A stretch of DNA of 64,000 nucleotides, taken from contig CAVYSY010000033.1 of NCBI GenBank assembly GCA_963771175.1, forward strand, positions 64,001 through 128,000, written 5' to 3'. Both the position numbers and the translations under genes were made by a program. Every line of letters begins with the position of its first letter. The first letter of the stretch is position 1. This stretch comes from an uncultured delta proteobacterium. GTDB taxonomy: Bacteria > Myxococcota > Myxococcia > Myxococcales > Myxococcaceae. The notes under the pieces were generated by a model. It searched no databases. It was not told the DNA's origin and saw only the letters and a list, made by a program, of their open reading frames with translations. This document shows positions 29,182 through 39,081 of the stretch, piece by piece.

Positions 29182-30582
29182 ATGCACCGATTGTATTCCC
29201 TCGCGCTCGGCGCAGTTGCCGCGGCGCTCACCTTCACCGCTGGGACCGCCAGTGCCGCGAGCCTGACCCGCCAGCCCTACCTGCAACGGGTGGGACCCGA
29301 CACCGCCACCGTGGCCTTCCGCCTGGATGGCGCGTGCGTCCCCACCGTGCTCTACGGCCCCCATGGCTCCACCGACCAACTCGCCCAATCGGCCGACGCG
29401 GACCGCAACCACGCCGTCGAGCTCTCCGGCCTGCAGCCGGGCACCGAGTACACCTACCTCGTGGAGGCCTGCGGCGCGCGCACCGACCCCAAGAGCTTCA
29501 CCACCGCGCCCGTCCCCGGCACCCGCCGCGTCCACTTCACCGCCGTGGGCGACTTCGGCGTGAACAACTCCGACCAGAAGGCCGTGGCCAACGCCATGCT
29601 CGGCCGCCGGCCCGAGCTCTTCCTGGCACTCGGCGACAACGCGTACGACTCGGGCACCGAGGCGGAGTTCCAGAACAACTTCTTCCTGCCCATGGCGCCG
29701 CTGCTCGCCCAGGTGCCCCTCTTCGCCACCCCGGGCAACCACGAGTACGTCACCAGACCAGGCCCAGCCCTACTTCGACAACCTCTACCTGCCCACCAGC
29801 CCCAGCGGCGGCGAGCGCTACTACTCCTTCGACTGGGGCCACGTGCACTTCGTGTCCCTGGACTCCAACTGCGCCATCGGTGAGTCCTCGGCGGATCGCT
29901 GCACGCTGGCCGCGCAGAAGCAGTGGTTGGAGCAGGACCTGGCCGCCAGCAACGCGGACTGGAAGGTCGTCTTCGTCCACCACCCGCCCTGGAGCAGCGG
30001 CGAGCACGGCTCGCAGTTGAAGATGCGCCGCGAGTTCGCCCCCCTCTTCGAGAAGTACGGGGTGGATCTGGTGCTCACCGGGCACGATCACCACTACGAG
30101 CGCTCGTCCCTCATGAAGGGCGATGCGGTGGCCTCCTCGGGCACTCCGGCATCCCCTACCTCGTGGTGGGCAACGGTGGCGCCTCCCTGCGCCCGATCTC
30201 CGGGAGCAAGCCCTCGTGGACCGTGGCGCGCAACGACGTGGACCACGGCTACCTCGACGTGAACGTGGAGGACGGCACCCTCACCGCCCAGATGCTGACG
30301 CCCTCGGGCAAGGTGCTCGACAGCTTCTCCCTCACCAAGGACCTGCCGCCGCCCTCGTCGCCCCCGGTCGGTGAGCAGCCCGGCCCGACGCAGCCCTCGA
30401 CGGGCACCCCGCGGCCGGATTCCATCACCGGCGACCCCGGGCTGCCGACCGGCCCGGACCCGCTGCCGGGGGACCCGGGTCCGAGCTCGGCGGGCTGCTC
30501 GGCCAGCCCGATGGCCGCCCTGCTCCCCGCGGGCGCGCTGCTGCTCGCCGGAGCCCTGCGCCGTCGTCGGCGCCAGCGCTAG
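29182..30582 (+). CDS. Purple-acid-phosphatase-like metallophosphoesterase with FN3 N-domain and MYXO-CTERM tail; frameshifts near 29757 and 30140
   Basis: GGAGG RBS; signal peptide; GDFG, GDNAY, GNHE, HHPP, GHDHHYER; tail AGCSASP-hydrophobic-RRRRRQR. Confidence 0.85.
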
Positions 30583-30676
30583 CCTGGGGACCGGGGGAGG
30601 CGGCGGAAGCGCCCTGGACATGGCCCGGGGCGCTTCCACTCTTGTCATTGGACGCCCGGAATGAGATTCGCCAGTC

Positions 30677-32084
30677 ATGAAGAAGAACGCCCGCCCGCCC
30701 GCTCGCGCGAAACAGCCCCGCCGTGAGCCCTCCTCCTCCTCGGAGGCGTCGCGCTCCGCCTCCCGCCCGTTGCGCGAGGACCTCGTCCTCCAGGCATGCC
30801 TCGAGGCCTACGGCTTCGTCCGCCACGAGGGCCGCCTGGCCGACCGGGCCCTGGACTTCACCCTCCGTCACAAGAAGAACCTCTACTCCAACGAGCGCCG
30901 CGCCGTGGCCGAGCGGGTGTACGCCCTGCTCCGCCGCCAGCGCACGGTGGACTTCCTCCTCGAGCACGCCCACCGTGACTTCACGCGCCTGGACAAGACG
31001 CGCCAGGACGTGCTGCGCCTGGCCGCCTCGCGCATCCTCCATGGGGAGGGCGTGGACGAGGTGGTGCGCACCTCGACGCTGACGGGCACGGATGCCGCCG
31101 CCCTGGCCCGGCTCCCCGAGGCCGCCCGGGCGCTGGAGGCCCTCCCGCGGGAGAAGCGCTTCCCCATCGCCGCCTCGGTGCCGGACTTCCTCGGCCCGCG
31201 CCTGCGCGAGGTGTTCGGCGCGGACGCCGAGCGCGCCGTCGAGGCGATGAACGAGCGCGGCCCCCTCACCGTGCGCGTCAACGGCTTCAAGGGAGACCGC
31301 GAGCGGCTGCGCGCGCTCCTGGCCGAGGAGGGCGTCACCGCCACCCCCACCCCACTGTCGCCGCTGGGCCTCGTCCTCGACACCCGCAGCAACGCCTTCT
31401 CGCTCAACACCTTCCGCGACGGCTGGTTCGAGATTCAGGACGAGGGCAGCCAGCTCCTCGGCATGCTGGTGGACGCGCCGCCCACCAAGGTGGTGGACGC
31501 GTGCGCGGGCGCGGGCGGCAAGACGCTGCAGCTCGCCGTGCAGATGAAGAACCGGGGCGACCTGTACGCACTGGACGTGGAGGAGACGCCGCATCGACGA
31601 GCTGCGCAAGCGGGCGCGCCGGGACGGGGTGCACAACGTGCGCACCCAGCTCATCCCCGCCGATGGACCCGAGGCGGACGAGGCCCTCGCCCCGCTGAAG
31701 GGCAAGGCGGACCGGGTGCTGGTGGACGCGCCGTGCAGCGGCACGGGCACCTTCCGGCGCAAGCCGGACGCGCGCTACCGCCTCACCCCCGAGATGATCG
31801 ACGACCACGTGGCGCGGCAGAAGCGGCTGCTGGAGCGCTTCTCCCAACTGGTGAAGCCGGGCGGCCGGCTCATCTACGGCACGTGCAGCGTGCTGCGCGA
31901 GGAGAACGAGGCGGTGGTGGAGGACTTCCTCGCCCGGCACCCGGAGTACTCGGTGCGGCCGGTGGCGGAGGAGCTCGGGCCCGAGCTGGGGGCGAAGGTG
32001 GGCCCGGGGCCCTACCTGCGGCTCGCCCCGCACCTGCACGGCACGGATGGATTCTTCGGGGCCATCCTCGTGCGCGCGAAGTAG
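30677..32084 (+). CDS. RsmB/NOL1/NOP2 family RNA m5C methyltransferase; frameshift near 31585
   Basis: EIQDEGSQL, VDACAGAGGKT, VLVDAPCSGTG, YGTCS..EENE, TDGFF. Confidence 0.9.
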
Positions 32085-32120
32085 GGTTGAGGTTCCCCCC
32101 CGCCCATTGGAGGGCACGGA

Positions 32121-33881
32121 ATGCCGGAAGCGGTCCACTATCGCGTCTCGATGCTCCGCCCGCACTCGCACCTCTTCGAGGTGGAGGCCACCTTCCCCGC
32201 GGGCCCGGACACCCTCGATGCCCTGCTGCCGGTGTGGACGCCCGGCAGCTACCTCGTGCGCGAGTTCGCGCGCCACGTGCAGGAGGTGAGCGCCTCGGCG
32301 GGAGGCGCTCACCTGCCCGTGCAGCGCGTGGACAAGCGCACCTGGCGCGTCCAGGCGCGGGGCCGCGCGGTGACGCTGCGCTACCGCGTCTACGCCAACG
32401 AGCTCACCGTGCGCACCAGCCACCTGGACGGCACCCACGGCTACTTCAACGGCGCCACCCTCTTCCTCTACACCGAGGCCACGCGGGGCCAGGAGCACCA
32501 CGTCACCGTGGAGGCCCCCGCGGGCTGGAGGCCCTTCGCCGCGCTGGAGCGCCGGGGCGAGGCCTTCGTCGCGAAGGACTACGACGAGCTGGTGGACAGC
32601 CCCTTCGAGGTGGGGCCGCACACGCCCCACACCTTCACCGCCGCGGGCGTGCCGCACGAGGTGGTGGTGTGGGGGGACGCGGTGCCGGACGCGGGCCGGC
32701 TGTGCTCGGACCTGCAGCGCATCTGCGAGACGGAGGCGAGGATGTTCGGCGGCCTGCCCATGTCCCGCTACCTCTTCCTCGTCTACCTCACGGACAAGGG
32801 CCGCGGAGGGCTGGAGCACAAGGCGTCCACCTCGCTCCTCTTCCCGCGGGTGGGGCTGCAGAACTCGCGGGGCTGGGAGGACTTCCTCACCCTGGCCGCC
32901 CACGAGTACTTCCACCTGTGGAACATCAAGCGGGTGAAACCGAAGGCGCTCGTCCCCTTCGACTACTCGCAGGAGAACTACACCTCGCTGCTGTGGGCCT
33001 TCGAGGGGGCCACGTCCTACTACGACAACCTCATCGTGCTGCGCGCGGGGTTGATGAGCGCGAGCCGCTACCTCACACGACAGGGCGAGACGCTCTCGGC
33101 GCTGCACGCCACCCCGGGCCGCAAGGTGCAGACGCTCGCCGAGGCGTCGCTGGTGAGTTGGGTGAAGCACTACCGCCCGGATGAGAACTCGCCCAACAGC
33201 GCCATCTCCTACTACCTCAAGGGCGAGGTGGTGGCCGTGCTGCTGGACCTGGAAATCCGCCGGGCCACCAACAACGCGCGCGGCCTGGACGACCTGATGC
33301 GCCTGCTGTGGCAGCGCCACGGCGACGAGTCCGGCGTGCCCGAGGACGGCGTGGAGGCGGCGGCCTCGGAGGTGGCGGGCAAGGACCTGAGCGCCTTCTT
33401 CGACCGGGCGGTGCGCAGCACGGAGGAGCTGGACTACTCCGTCTTCTGGCACGTGGGCCTGGAGGTGCACTTCCGCCCGCGTGAGTCCTCGAGCGACAAG
33501 GGCGGCAGCCCGGTGCGGACCAAGGGCGACGGCAAGCCGAAGGGCTGGCTGGGCGTCACCACCAAGGGGAGCGCCACCCTCGCCACGGTGGTGGACGGCT
33601 CGCCCGCCCAGGAGGCCGGGCTGTACGTGGACGACGATGTGGTGGCGCTCGACGGCTGGCGGGTGGACGGCGCGGGGCTGCTGGCCCGCTGCGACGACAA
33701 GTCCCCGGGCGACACGGTGCGCCTCACCGTGTTCCGCCGCGACCGACTGCTGGAGGTGCCGGTGACGCTCGGCCAGAAGCCCGCGGACGCGGCCTGGCTC
33801 GCGCGCGTGGAGAAGCCCACCGACGCACAGAAAGCGGCGTACCAGGCGTGGCTGGGCGCTCCCTGGGAGGAATCGGGGTAG
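32121..33881 (+). CDS. M61 family glycyl aminopeptidase with PDZ domain
   Basis: PVWTPGSY, GGLEH, AHEYFHLWN, EGATSYY, SYYLKG; PDZ GSPAQEAGL. Confidence 0.93.
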   Translation: MPEAVHYRVSMLRPHSHLFEVEATFPAGPDTLDALLPVWTPGSYLVREFARHVQEVSASAGGAHLPVQRVDKRTWRVQARGRAVTLRYRVYANELTVRTSHLDGTHGYFNGATLFLYTEATRGQEHHVTVEAPAGWRPFAALERRGEAFVAKDYDELVDSPFEVGPHTPHTFTAAGVPHEVVVWGDAVPDAGRLCSDLQRICETEARMFGGLPMSRYLFLVYLTDKGRGGLEHKASTSLLFPRVGLQNSRGWEDFLTLAAHEYFHLWNIKRVKPKALVPFDYSQENYTSLLWAFEGATSYYDNLIVLRAGLMSASRYLTRQGETLSALHATPGRKVQTLAEASLVSWVKHYRPDENSPNSAISYYLKGEVVAVLLDLEIRRATNNARGLDDLMRLLWQRHGDESGVPEDGVEAAASEVAGKDLSAFFDRAVRSTEELDYSVFWHVGLEVHFRPRESSSDKGGSPVRTKGDGKPKGWLGVTTKGSATLATVVDGSPAQEAGLYVDDDVVALDGWRVDGAGLLARCDDKSPGDTVRLTVFRRDRLLEVPVTLGQKPADAAWLARVEKPTDAQKAAYQAWLGAPWEESG

Positions 33882-33903
33882 GCTGTGGCGCCAGAGGAGC
33901 CAC

Positions 33904-35361
33904 ATGAAGTCGAAACCTCTCGCCCGTTGCAAACGCCACCCTTCCGCCATCGCTGGCTGGCACTGTGACGGGTGTGGCGCCACGCTCTGCCCGGACTGCA
34001 TGGAGGCGCGACGGATGCAGACGGTGGACCTGCTCTCCTGTCGCGCGTGTGGCGGCCGGGCGGAGGCCATCATCGTCCACCGCTCCGAGCAGGCCTCGCT
34101 CGCCGATCGGCTGGGCAACGTCTGGCGCTATCCCTTCACCCAGCACGGACTGGCACTGGTGCTGGCGGTCGGGACGTTCCTGACCGTCTTCAGCTACCTG
34201 ACGCAGGCCGCGTTCATCCTGGGTCGGTGGTTCCCCGCCGCGCTCGGCGCCGGCATCTTCTGGGGCAGCTTCCTGGCCATCGTGCGCGCCAGTGCGCGAG
34301 GCGAGAACGACGTCCCCCTCCCGGAGTTCTCCGAGGTCGGCGCCGATTGGATCGCCCCGGCCCTACGAGGCCTGCTGGCCACCAGCGTGGTGTGGTTCCC
34401 CCTCGTGGCCTACCTCGTGCTCGTCGGCGGCTGGAACGTGCTCCAGTACGTGGACCGCCTGATGGAAGACCCCATGTTCTTCGCGACCGGGAAGTTCCAA
34501 TCCATCCCGGGGGAGCAACTGCTGAAGGACCCCGTCGCCTGGGTGATGGGAGTGGCCGGCCTCGTCTACCTGCCCATCGCGCTCGTGCTGGCGGCGACCG
34601 GCACGAGCCTGCTGGACATCCTCAACCCGCTGCGGGGCGTGCGCGCCATCCGGGCCCTCGGGCGGGACTACGGGGTGACGCTGGGCGCCCTGTTCACCCT
34701 GGGGCTCGTGTTCCTCGTCGTCCGCTTCGTCACCTCCGAAATCCGCGCGCTGGACCTCGGCATCGGAACGCGCTGGCCCGCGGAGGTCCTCGAGGTCTTC
34801 GTGCCCTTCATCATGGCGCGGGTGCTCGGGCTGCTCGTCTACACGCGCGGCGACGTGCTCGGGTACGGACCTCCGAGCGACTACCTCACGCCCGTGCTGC
34901 GGGATGCCACGCCGAGCACCTCGCTGCGCGGGGAGAGCCACCTGCCTCCCGCCCCGGAGGCGATGGGAGCCACCACCTCGGAGGCCCCCGCTCCCACCGA
35001 GCAGGTGCAGGCACTCGCCCGAGCGGTGGAGAAGCGCGACATCTCCCTGGCACTCGCGCTCTACCAGATGCTGGACGGCGTGCCCCCCTCCGCCATCGCC
35101 CCGGCGCTGCACCTCTTCGTCGGGCAGGCGTCGGCCACGGAGGGACAGTATGAGCTGGCCGTGCGCGCGCTGGAGTCCGCCGCCGACGTGGCCCCGGACG
35201 ACCCGATCGCCCCGCGCGCCCTCACCCTCCTGGCCCGCGTGCTCGGCGAACGAATGCAAGACGCGGCGCGCGCCGAGGACATCTACCGGTACATCGTCGA
35301 CCGGTACCCGGATACGGACGCTTCCCGCTTCGCCCAGGCCCGTCTTCCGCCCACCACCTGA
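33904..35361 (+). CDS. Membrane protein with N-terminal B-box-like zinc finger and C-terminal TPR-like helices
   Basis: CKRH..CDGC..CPDC..CRAC; several TM segments; AEDIYRYIVDRYP. Confidence 0.75.
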   Translation: MKSKPLARCKRHPSAIAGWHCDGCGATLCPDCMEARRMQTVDLLSCRACGGRAEAIIVHRSEQASLADRLGNVWRYPFTQHGLALVLAVGTFLTVFSYLTQAAFILGRWFPAALGAGIFWGSFLAIVRASARGENDVPLPEFSEVGADWIAPALRGLLATSVVWFPLVAYLVLVGGWNVLQYVDRLMEDPMFFATGKFQSIPGEQLLKDPVAWVMGVAGLVYLPIALVLAATGTSLLDILNPLRGVRAIRALGRDYGVTLGALFTLGLVFLVVRFVTSEIRALDLGIGTRWPAEVLEVFVPFIMARVLGLLVYTRGDVLGYGPPSDYLTPVLRDATPSTSLRGESHLPPAPEAMGATTSEAPAPTEQVQALARAVEKRDISLALALYQMLDGVPPSAIAPALHLFVGQASATEGQYELAVRALESAADVAPDDPIAPRALTLLARVLGERMQDAARAEDIYRYIVDRYPDTDASRFAQARLPPTT

Positions 35362-35405
35362 CACCCGGCATTGCCTCCGCGAGGGAGCGTGCGCAATCCC
35401 TCCGC

Positions 35406-35789
35406 ATGCTCCGGGCTCGCCAGTTGCTGCTCCTCCTCGGCCTCGTGCCGCTCGCCGCCTGTGATGGGGGCCTGAGGGTGAACCGCCAGGGCAATCCCTG
35501 CGTCGAGGACCTCGTCACCCTGCGGGTGGAGGTGGTGGACGCACAGGGCAGGGAGGTGAAGAACGCCACCGTCACCGCCACCCATGTGGACTCAGGGCGC
35601 ACCATCACCGGCATCACCAACGAGCGGGGCGTCACCACCTCGGTGAACGAGGACCTCGGCTCGGGCACGGTGCGAGTGTCGGCTACCGCCGGCTCCAAGG
35701 TGACCGCACCCACAGAAGTGGTCTGGACATGCGACGAGTGCCACTGCCACCCCGAGCCCTCCACGGTGCGGCTCCAGCTCAATCCGTAG
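35406..35789 (+). CDS. Small lipoprotein with carboxypeptidase-regulatory-like beta-sandwich
   Basis: Lipobox LAAC; VVDAQGREVKNATVTA..TNERG. Confidence 0.75.
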   Translation: MLRARQLLLLLGLVPLAACDGGLRVNRQGNPCVEDLVTLRVEVVDAQGREVKNATVTATHVDSGRTITGITNERGVTTSVNEDLGSGTVRVSATAGSKVTAPTEVVWTCDECHCHPEPSTVRLQLNP

Positions 35790-35859
35790 GCCCCTCTGGC
35801 GGCCGGGCCTACAATCGGCGTTTGTCCGTCGGGGTCTGACTCGCTAGGTTGAGGTCGCC

Positions 35860-37347
35860 ATGTCGAGCGTGGAAGACCTCATCCAGAAGCCCCTCTCCGA
35901 GCTGACCGAGCACTTCATCACGCAGGCCCGCTCCGTGCCGGTGGGACTCCTGGAGGCGCTGGAGGCGGACCCTCGCCAGGGGGCGAAGACGCTCGCCCGC
36001 CGCATCCGCGCCCGGCAGGGGAAGAACCGCGCCGAGGGCCAGCGCCTGCGCAACCTGCTCCGGTTCGAGAACGAGTTGTGGGAGCAGGGCCACACCCACA
36101 TCGCCGGAGTGGACGAGGCAGGCAGGGGCCCGCTCGCCGGCCCGGTGGTCGCCGCGGCGGCCATCCTCCCCAAGGGCTGGAAGCTGGAGGGGCTGGACGA
36201 CTCGAAGAAGATCGCCGACGAGGAGCGCCGCGAGGAGCTGGCCGAGTCCATCAAGCGCGGGGCGGTGGCGTGGGCGGTGGGCATCGCCGAGGCGGAGGAG
36301 ATCGACCGGCTCAACATCCGCCGGGCGAGCCTGTTGGCCATGCACCGCGCGCTGCAGGCGCTGGGCATCCAGCCAGACTACGTGCTGCTGGACGCCTTCA
36401 CGATTCCCGAGTGCGAGCTGCCCCAGCGCGGCATCATCAAGGGAGACGCGCTCTCGCTGAGCATCGCCGCGGCGTCGGTGCTGGCGAAGACGACGAGGGA
36501 CAGACGGATGCGGGAGTTGGACGCGCAATACCCGGGCTACGGCCTCGCCGAGCACAAGGGCTACCCGACGGCCTCGCACGTGCAGGCCATCCGGGAGAAG
36601 GGCGTCCTGCCCATCCACCGCCGCAGCTTCGCGCCGGTGCGGGAGTGCCTCGGGCGCTCCGAGCCGGCCCCGGCCGGGCCCCTCCAGGGAGAGCTCTTCA
36701 CGAGGAACGAAGCGGACGTGAGCGCGGACAAGGACATCGACGGGTGGCTGGCCGAGAGGGGAATCACCTCGTCGGACTCGCGCGCCCGGGCCCGGAACGC
36801 GCTGGAGGCGGCGGGGCTCACCAGCTCTCGCAAGGTGCGCATCAGCGAGCCCAAGCTGCCCCGGGCCGAGCAGGTGCTGGCCGAGCGCTTCTTCCGGGTG
36901 TGCACCGCCACCGAGTGCCAGCAGGTGGCGCGAGCGAGCGGAAGGGAGCCGCTGCCGGTGGAGCCGCGCAGCCACTGTGAGCACTGCGGGGGCTCGAACA
37001 ACCGGCGCGCGGAGGTGGCCTTCCTGGAGGCGTGCCAGCGCCACGGGGTGAGCCGGGTGGTGGTGGTGGGCGGCTCGCCCTCGGTGCGCGAGGAGCTGGA
37101 GGAGAAGCTCGGCGGGCGCATCGAGCTGCGCATGGTGGACGGCACCGAGCGGCGCACGGCGGGCAAGGCGCAGAGTGACTTGGAGTGGGGAGACCTGGTG
37201 CTCGTGTGGGGCGCCACGGAGCTGCACCACAAGGTGAGCAGCCACTACACGACGCCGGGCACGCCCCACCGCCACAAGGTGGTGCACGTGGCCCGGCGGG
37301 GCGTGGCCGCGCTGCTCGAGGCGGGCATCACCCACCTCGAACGATGA
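35860..37347 (+). CDS. rnhB: Ribonuclease HII read in frame into a ~210-aa Cys-containing, DUF2325-like domain (fusion may be artefactual)
   Basis: AGVDEAGRGPLAGPVV, DSKK, KGDA..IAAASVLAK, HKGYPT, HRRSF; second domain from GTG at 36718. Confidence 0.9.
   Translation: MSSVEDLIQKPLSELTEHFITQARSVPVGLLEALEADPRQGAKTLARRIRARQGKNRAEGQRLRNLLRFENELWEQGHTHIAGVDEAGRGPLAGPVVAAAAILPKGWKLEGLDDSKKIADEERREELAESIKRGAVAWAVGIAEAEEIDRLNIRRASLLAMHRALQALGIQPDYVLLDAFTIPECELPQRGIIKGDALSLSIAAASVLAKTTRDRRMRELDAQYPGYGLAEHKGYPTASHVQAIREKGVLPIHRRSFAPVRECLGRSEPAPAGPLQGELFTRNEADVSADKDIDGWLAERGITSSDSRARARNALEAAGLTSSRKVRISEPKLPRAEQVLAERFFRVCTATECQQVARASGREPLPVEPRSHCEHCGGSNNRRAEVAFLEACQRHGVSRVVVVGGSPSVREELEEKLGGRIELRMVDGTERRTAGKAQSDLEWGDLVLVWGATELHHKVSSHYTTPGTPHRHKVVHVARRGVAALLEAGITHLER
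37279..37340 (+). repeat. 62-bp direct repeat, left copy (3' end of host gene)
   Basis: GTGGTGCACGTGGCCCGGCGGGGCGTGGCCGCGCTGCTCGAGGCGGGCATCACCCACCTCGA, identical to 40322-40383. Confidence 0.97.
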
Positions 37348-37421
37348 GTGAGTCGAGGAGTTACTCCTCATTTGACCAACCTGTCAGGTAACAATCCACT
37401 GACGCGTCAATAAGAATAGAC

Positions 37422-39080
37422 ATGTCACCTCCCTCGCCACTCACACGACGTCCCAGAGCGACCGCCTTTAGCATTGAGGATCTGCTGGACCACGTTCGAC
37501 AGGGGAGCATCCGCATCCCTGAGTTCCAGCGGGCTCTTAAATGGAAGGCCCGGGACGTCCATGAGTTACTGGACAGTGTCTACCGAGGCTATCCCATCGG
37601 AACCCTGCTCTTCTGGCAGCACGAGGCGCCCGCAGCCCACATCCAAATCGGCCCAGTTAAATTGGACGCCCCCAAAAAGGCCCAAGCGCTATGGGTCGTG
37701 GATGGCCAACAACGCATTACCGCACTCACTGGGGTGCTCCTTCACCCATCGCTCAATGGTGAAGGTGGCTACGATGACTTCGGACTCTACTTCGACCTAG
37801 AGAAGGAGGATTTCGTTCGGCCTACCCGCCGGGAGCGGCCGCCCGCCCATTGGCTGCCCATGAATGTAGTAGCGGACAGCGAGTTACTGCTCGGCTGGTT
37901 GGATCGCTATTCCGCTCGGGCAGAGCACCCCGAGCACACAAGGACGGCCATCAAACTCGGCAAGATGATCAGGGAGTATCAGGTACCGGCGTATATCGTC
38001 GAAGCCGATGCGGAGGAAACCCTTCGCATCATCTTCGAGCGACTGAACTCCACGGGCAAGGCACTTTCCAAGGCGGATGTGTTCCAATCGCTCCATGGAG
38101 GCTGGAGCCAAGAGCAGCCTTCGGATCTTCGCTCCATGTCCCGCAGCTTGGAGGAGATGGAATTTGGCACCATCGAAGAGGAATGGCTGCTCAAGGCCGT
38201 TCTCGCCATCAAAGGTCTCGACATCACCAGGGACTTTCGATCTCAACTCAAGGAAGGCCATGATTTGCCAGGTGCGCTCCGCCAAACGGAACGCGCGCTG
38301 CGCGATACAATCGTCTTCCTCAAACGGGATGCAGGAATTCCCCGCATCGAACTCTTGCCGTACAAGCTCCCCCTCGTCATCCTGGCGCGCTTCTTCCAGC
38401 TCAATCCCGAGCCTTCCGCACGCTCACGTGAGTTGCTTGCACGATGGCTCTGGCGTGGTGCCATCACCACCTTTCATAGGGGAGAGAGCATTCCCGCAGT
38501 CCGCAAGAGCCTGGCTGTCATCAGGCGGAATGAGGATGAGTCGATACAGGCATTGCTCGCCGAACTTCCCGAAGCACCCACCAGGGAACTGAACCTGCGC
38601 GACTACAATTTCCGTACTGCGGAAACCAAGCTGCAGGTCAACGCGATGCTCGCACTGCAACCGCGAGATCTCCAATCCGGCGAGCTCCTGGATGTCCCCG
38701 CTATCATTGGAACGCAAGGAGCTGCCGCACTACGCCTCATCATCACATCACCCCCGCGCCTGCGCCCTGATGAGGGTTCAGCCCGGCTCAAGAGATTGAT
38801 GCAGGGGCTCGCCAATCGGATGTTCCACCCGGCGATGCAGGAGCAGTCGTTGCTCACCGCGCTCGAGCACTCTCTCCATCCAGAGGTGCTCAACAGCCAT
38901 GGCATTCCCTTGCCTGCGTTCACGGCGCTCCAGCAAGGCGACAGGCTGGGATTTCTGACCCTCCGACAAAGATTCCTGGAGCGCCACGTAGACACCTTCC
39001 TGGACTTGAAAGCACGTTGGCTGGAATCGGTTCGCAGGCCGCTCCAGTCTCTGCTCATCCTCGACGACGAGGAGGCATGA
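37422..39080 (+). CDS. DUF262 (ParB/Srx-like NTPase, GmrS-like) domain protein
   Basis: IPEFQRALKW, LLDSVYRGYPIGTLLFW, VVDGQQRITAL, IFERLNSTGKALS. Confidence 0.9.
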   Translation: MSPPSPLTRRPRATAFSIEDLLDHVRQGSIRIPEFQRALKWKARDVHELLDSVYRGYPIGTLLFWQHEAPAAHIQIGPVKLDAPKKAQALWVVDGQQRITALTGVLLHPSLNGEGGYDDFGLYFDLEKEDFVRPTRRERPPAHWLPMNVVADSELLLGWLDRYSARAEHPEHTRTAIKLGKMIREYQVPAYIVEADAEETLRIIFERLNSTGKALSKADVFQSLHGGWSQEQPSDLRSMSRSLEEMEFGTIEEEWLLKAVLAIKGLDITRDFRSQLKEGHDLPGALRQTERALRDTIVFLKRDAGIPRIELLPYKLPLVILARFFQLNPEPSARSRELLARWLWRGAITTFHRGESIPAVRKSLAVIRRNEDESIQALLAELPEAPTRELNLRDYNFRTAETKLQVNAMLALQPRDLQSGELLDVPAIIGTQGAAALRLIITSPPRLRPDEGSARLKRLMQGLANRMFHPAMQEQSLLTALEHSLHPEVLNSHGIPLPAFTALQQGDRLGFLTLRQRFLERHVDTFLDLKARWLESVRRPLQSLLILDDEEA

Positions 39081-39081
39081 A

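Noticed and set aside
37372..37417. Sigma70 promoter or operator for the island (TTGACC, TGAC-N6-GTCA, TGACGCGTCA)
   Set aside because: No -10 element at canonical spacing from TTGACC; palindromes too short to support alone
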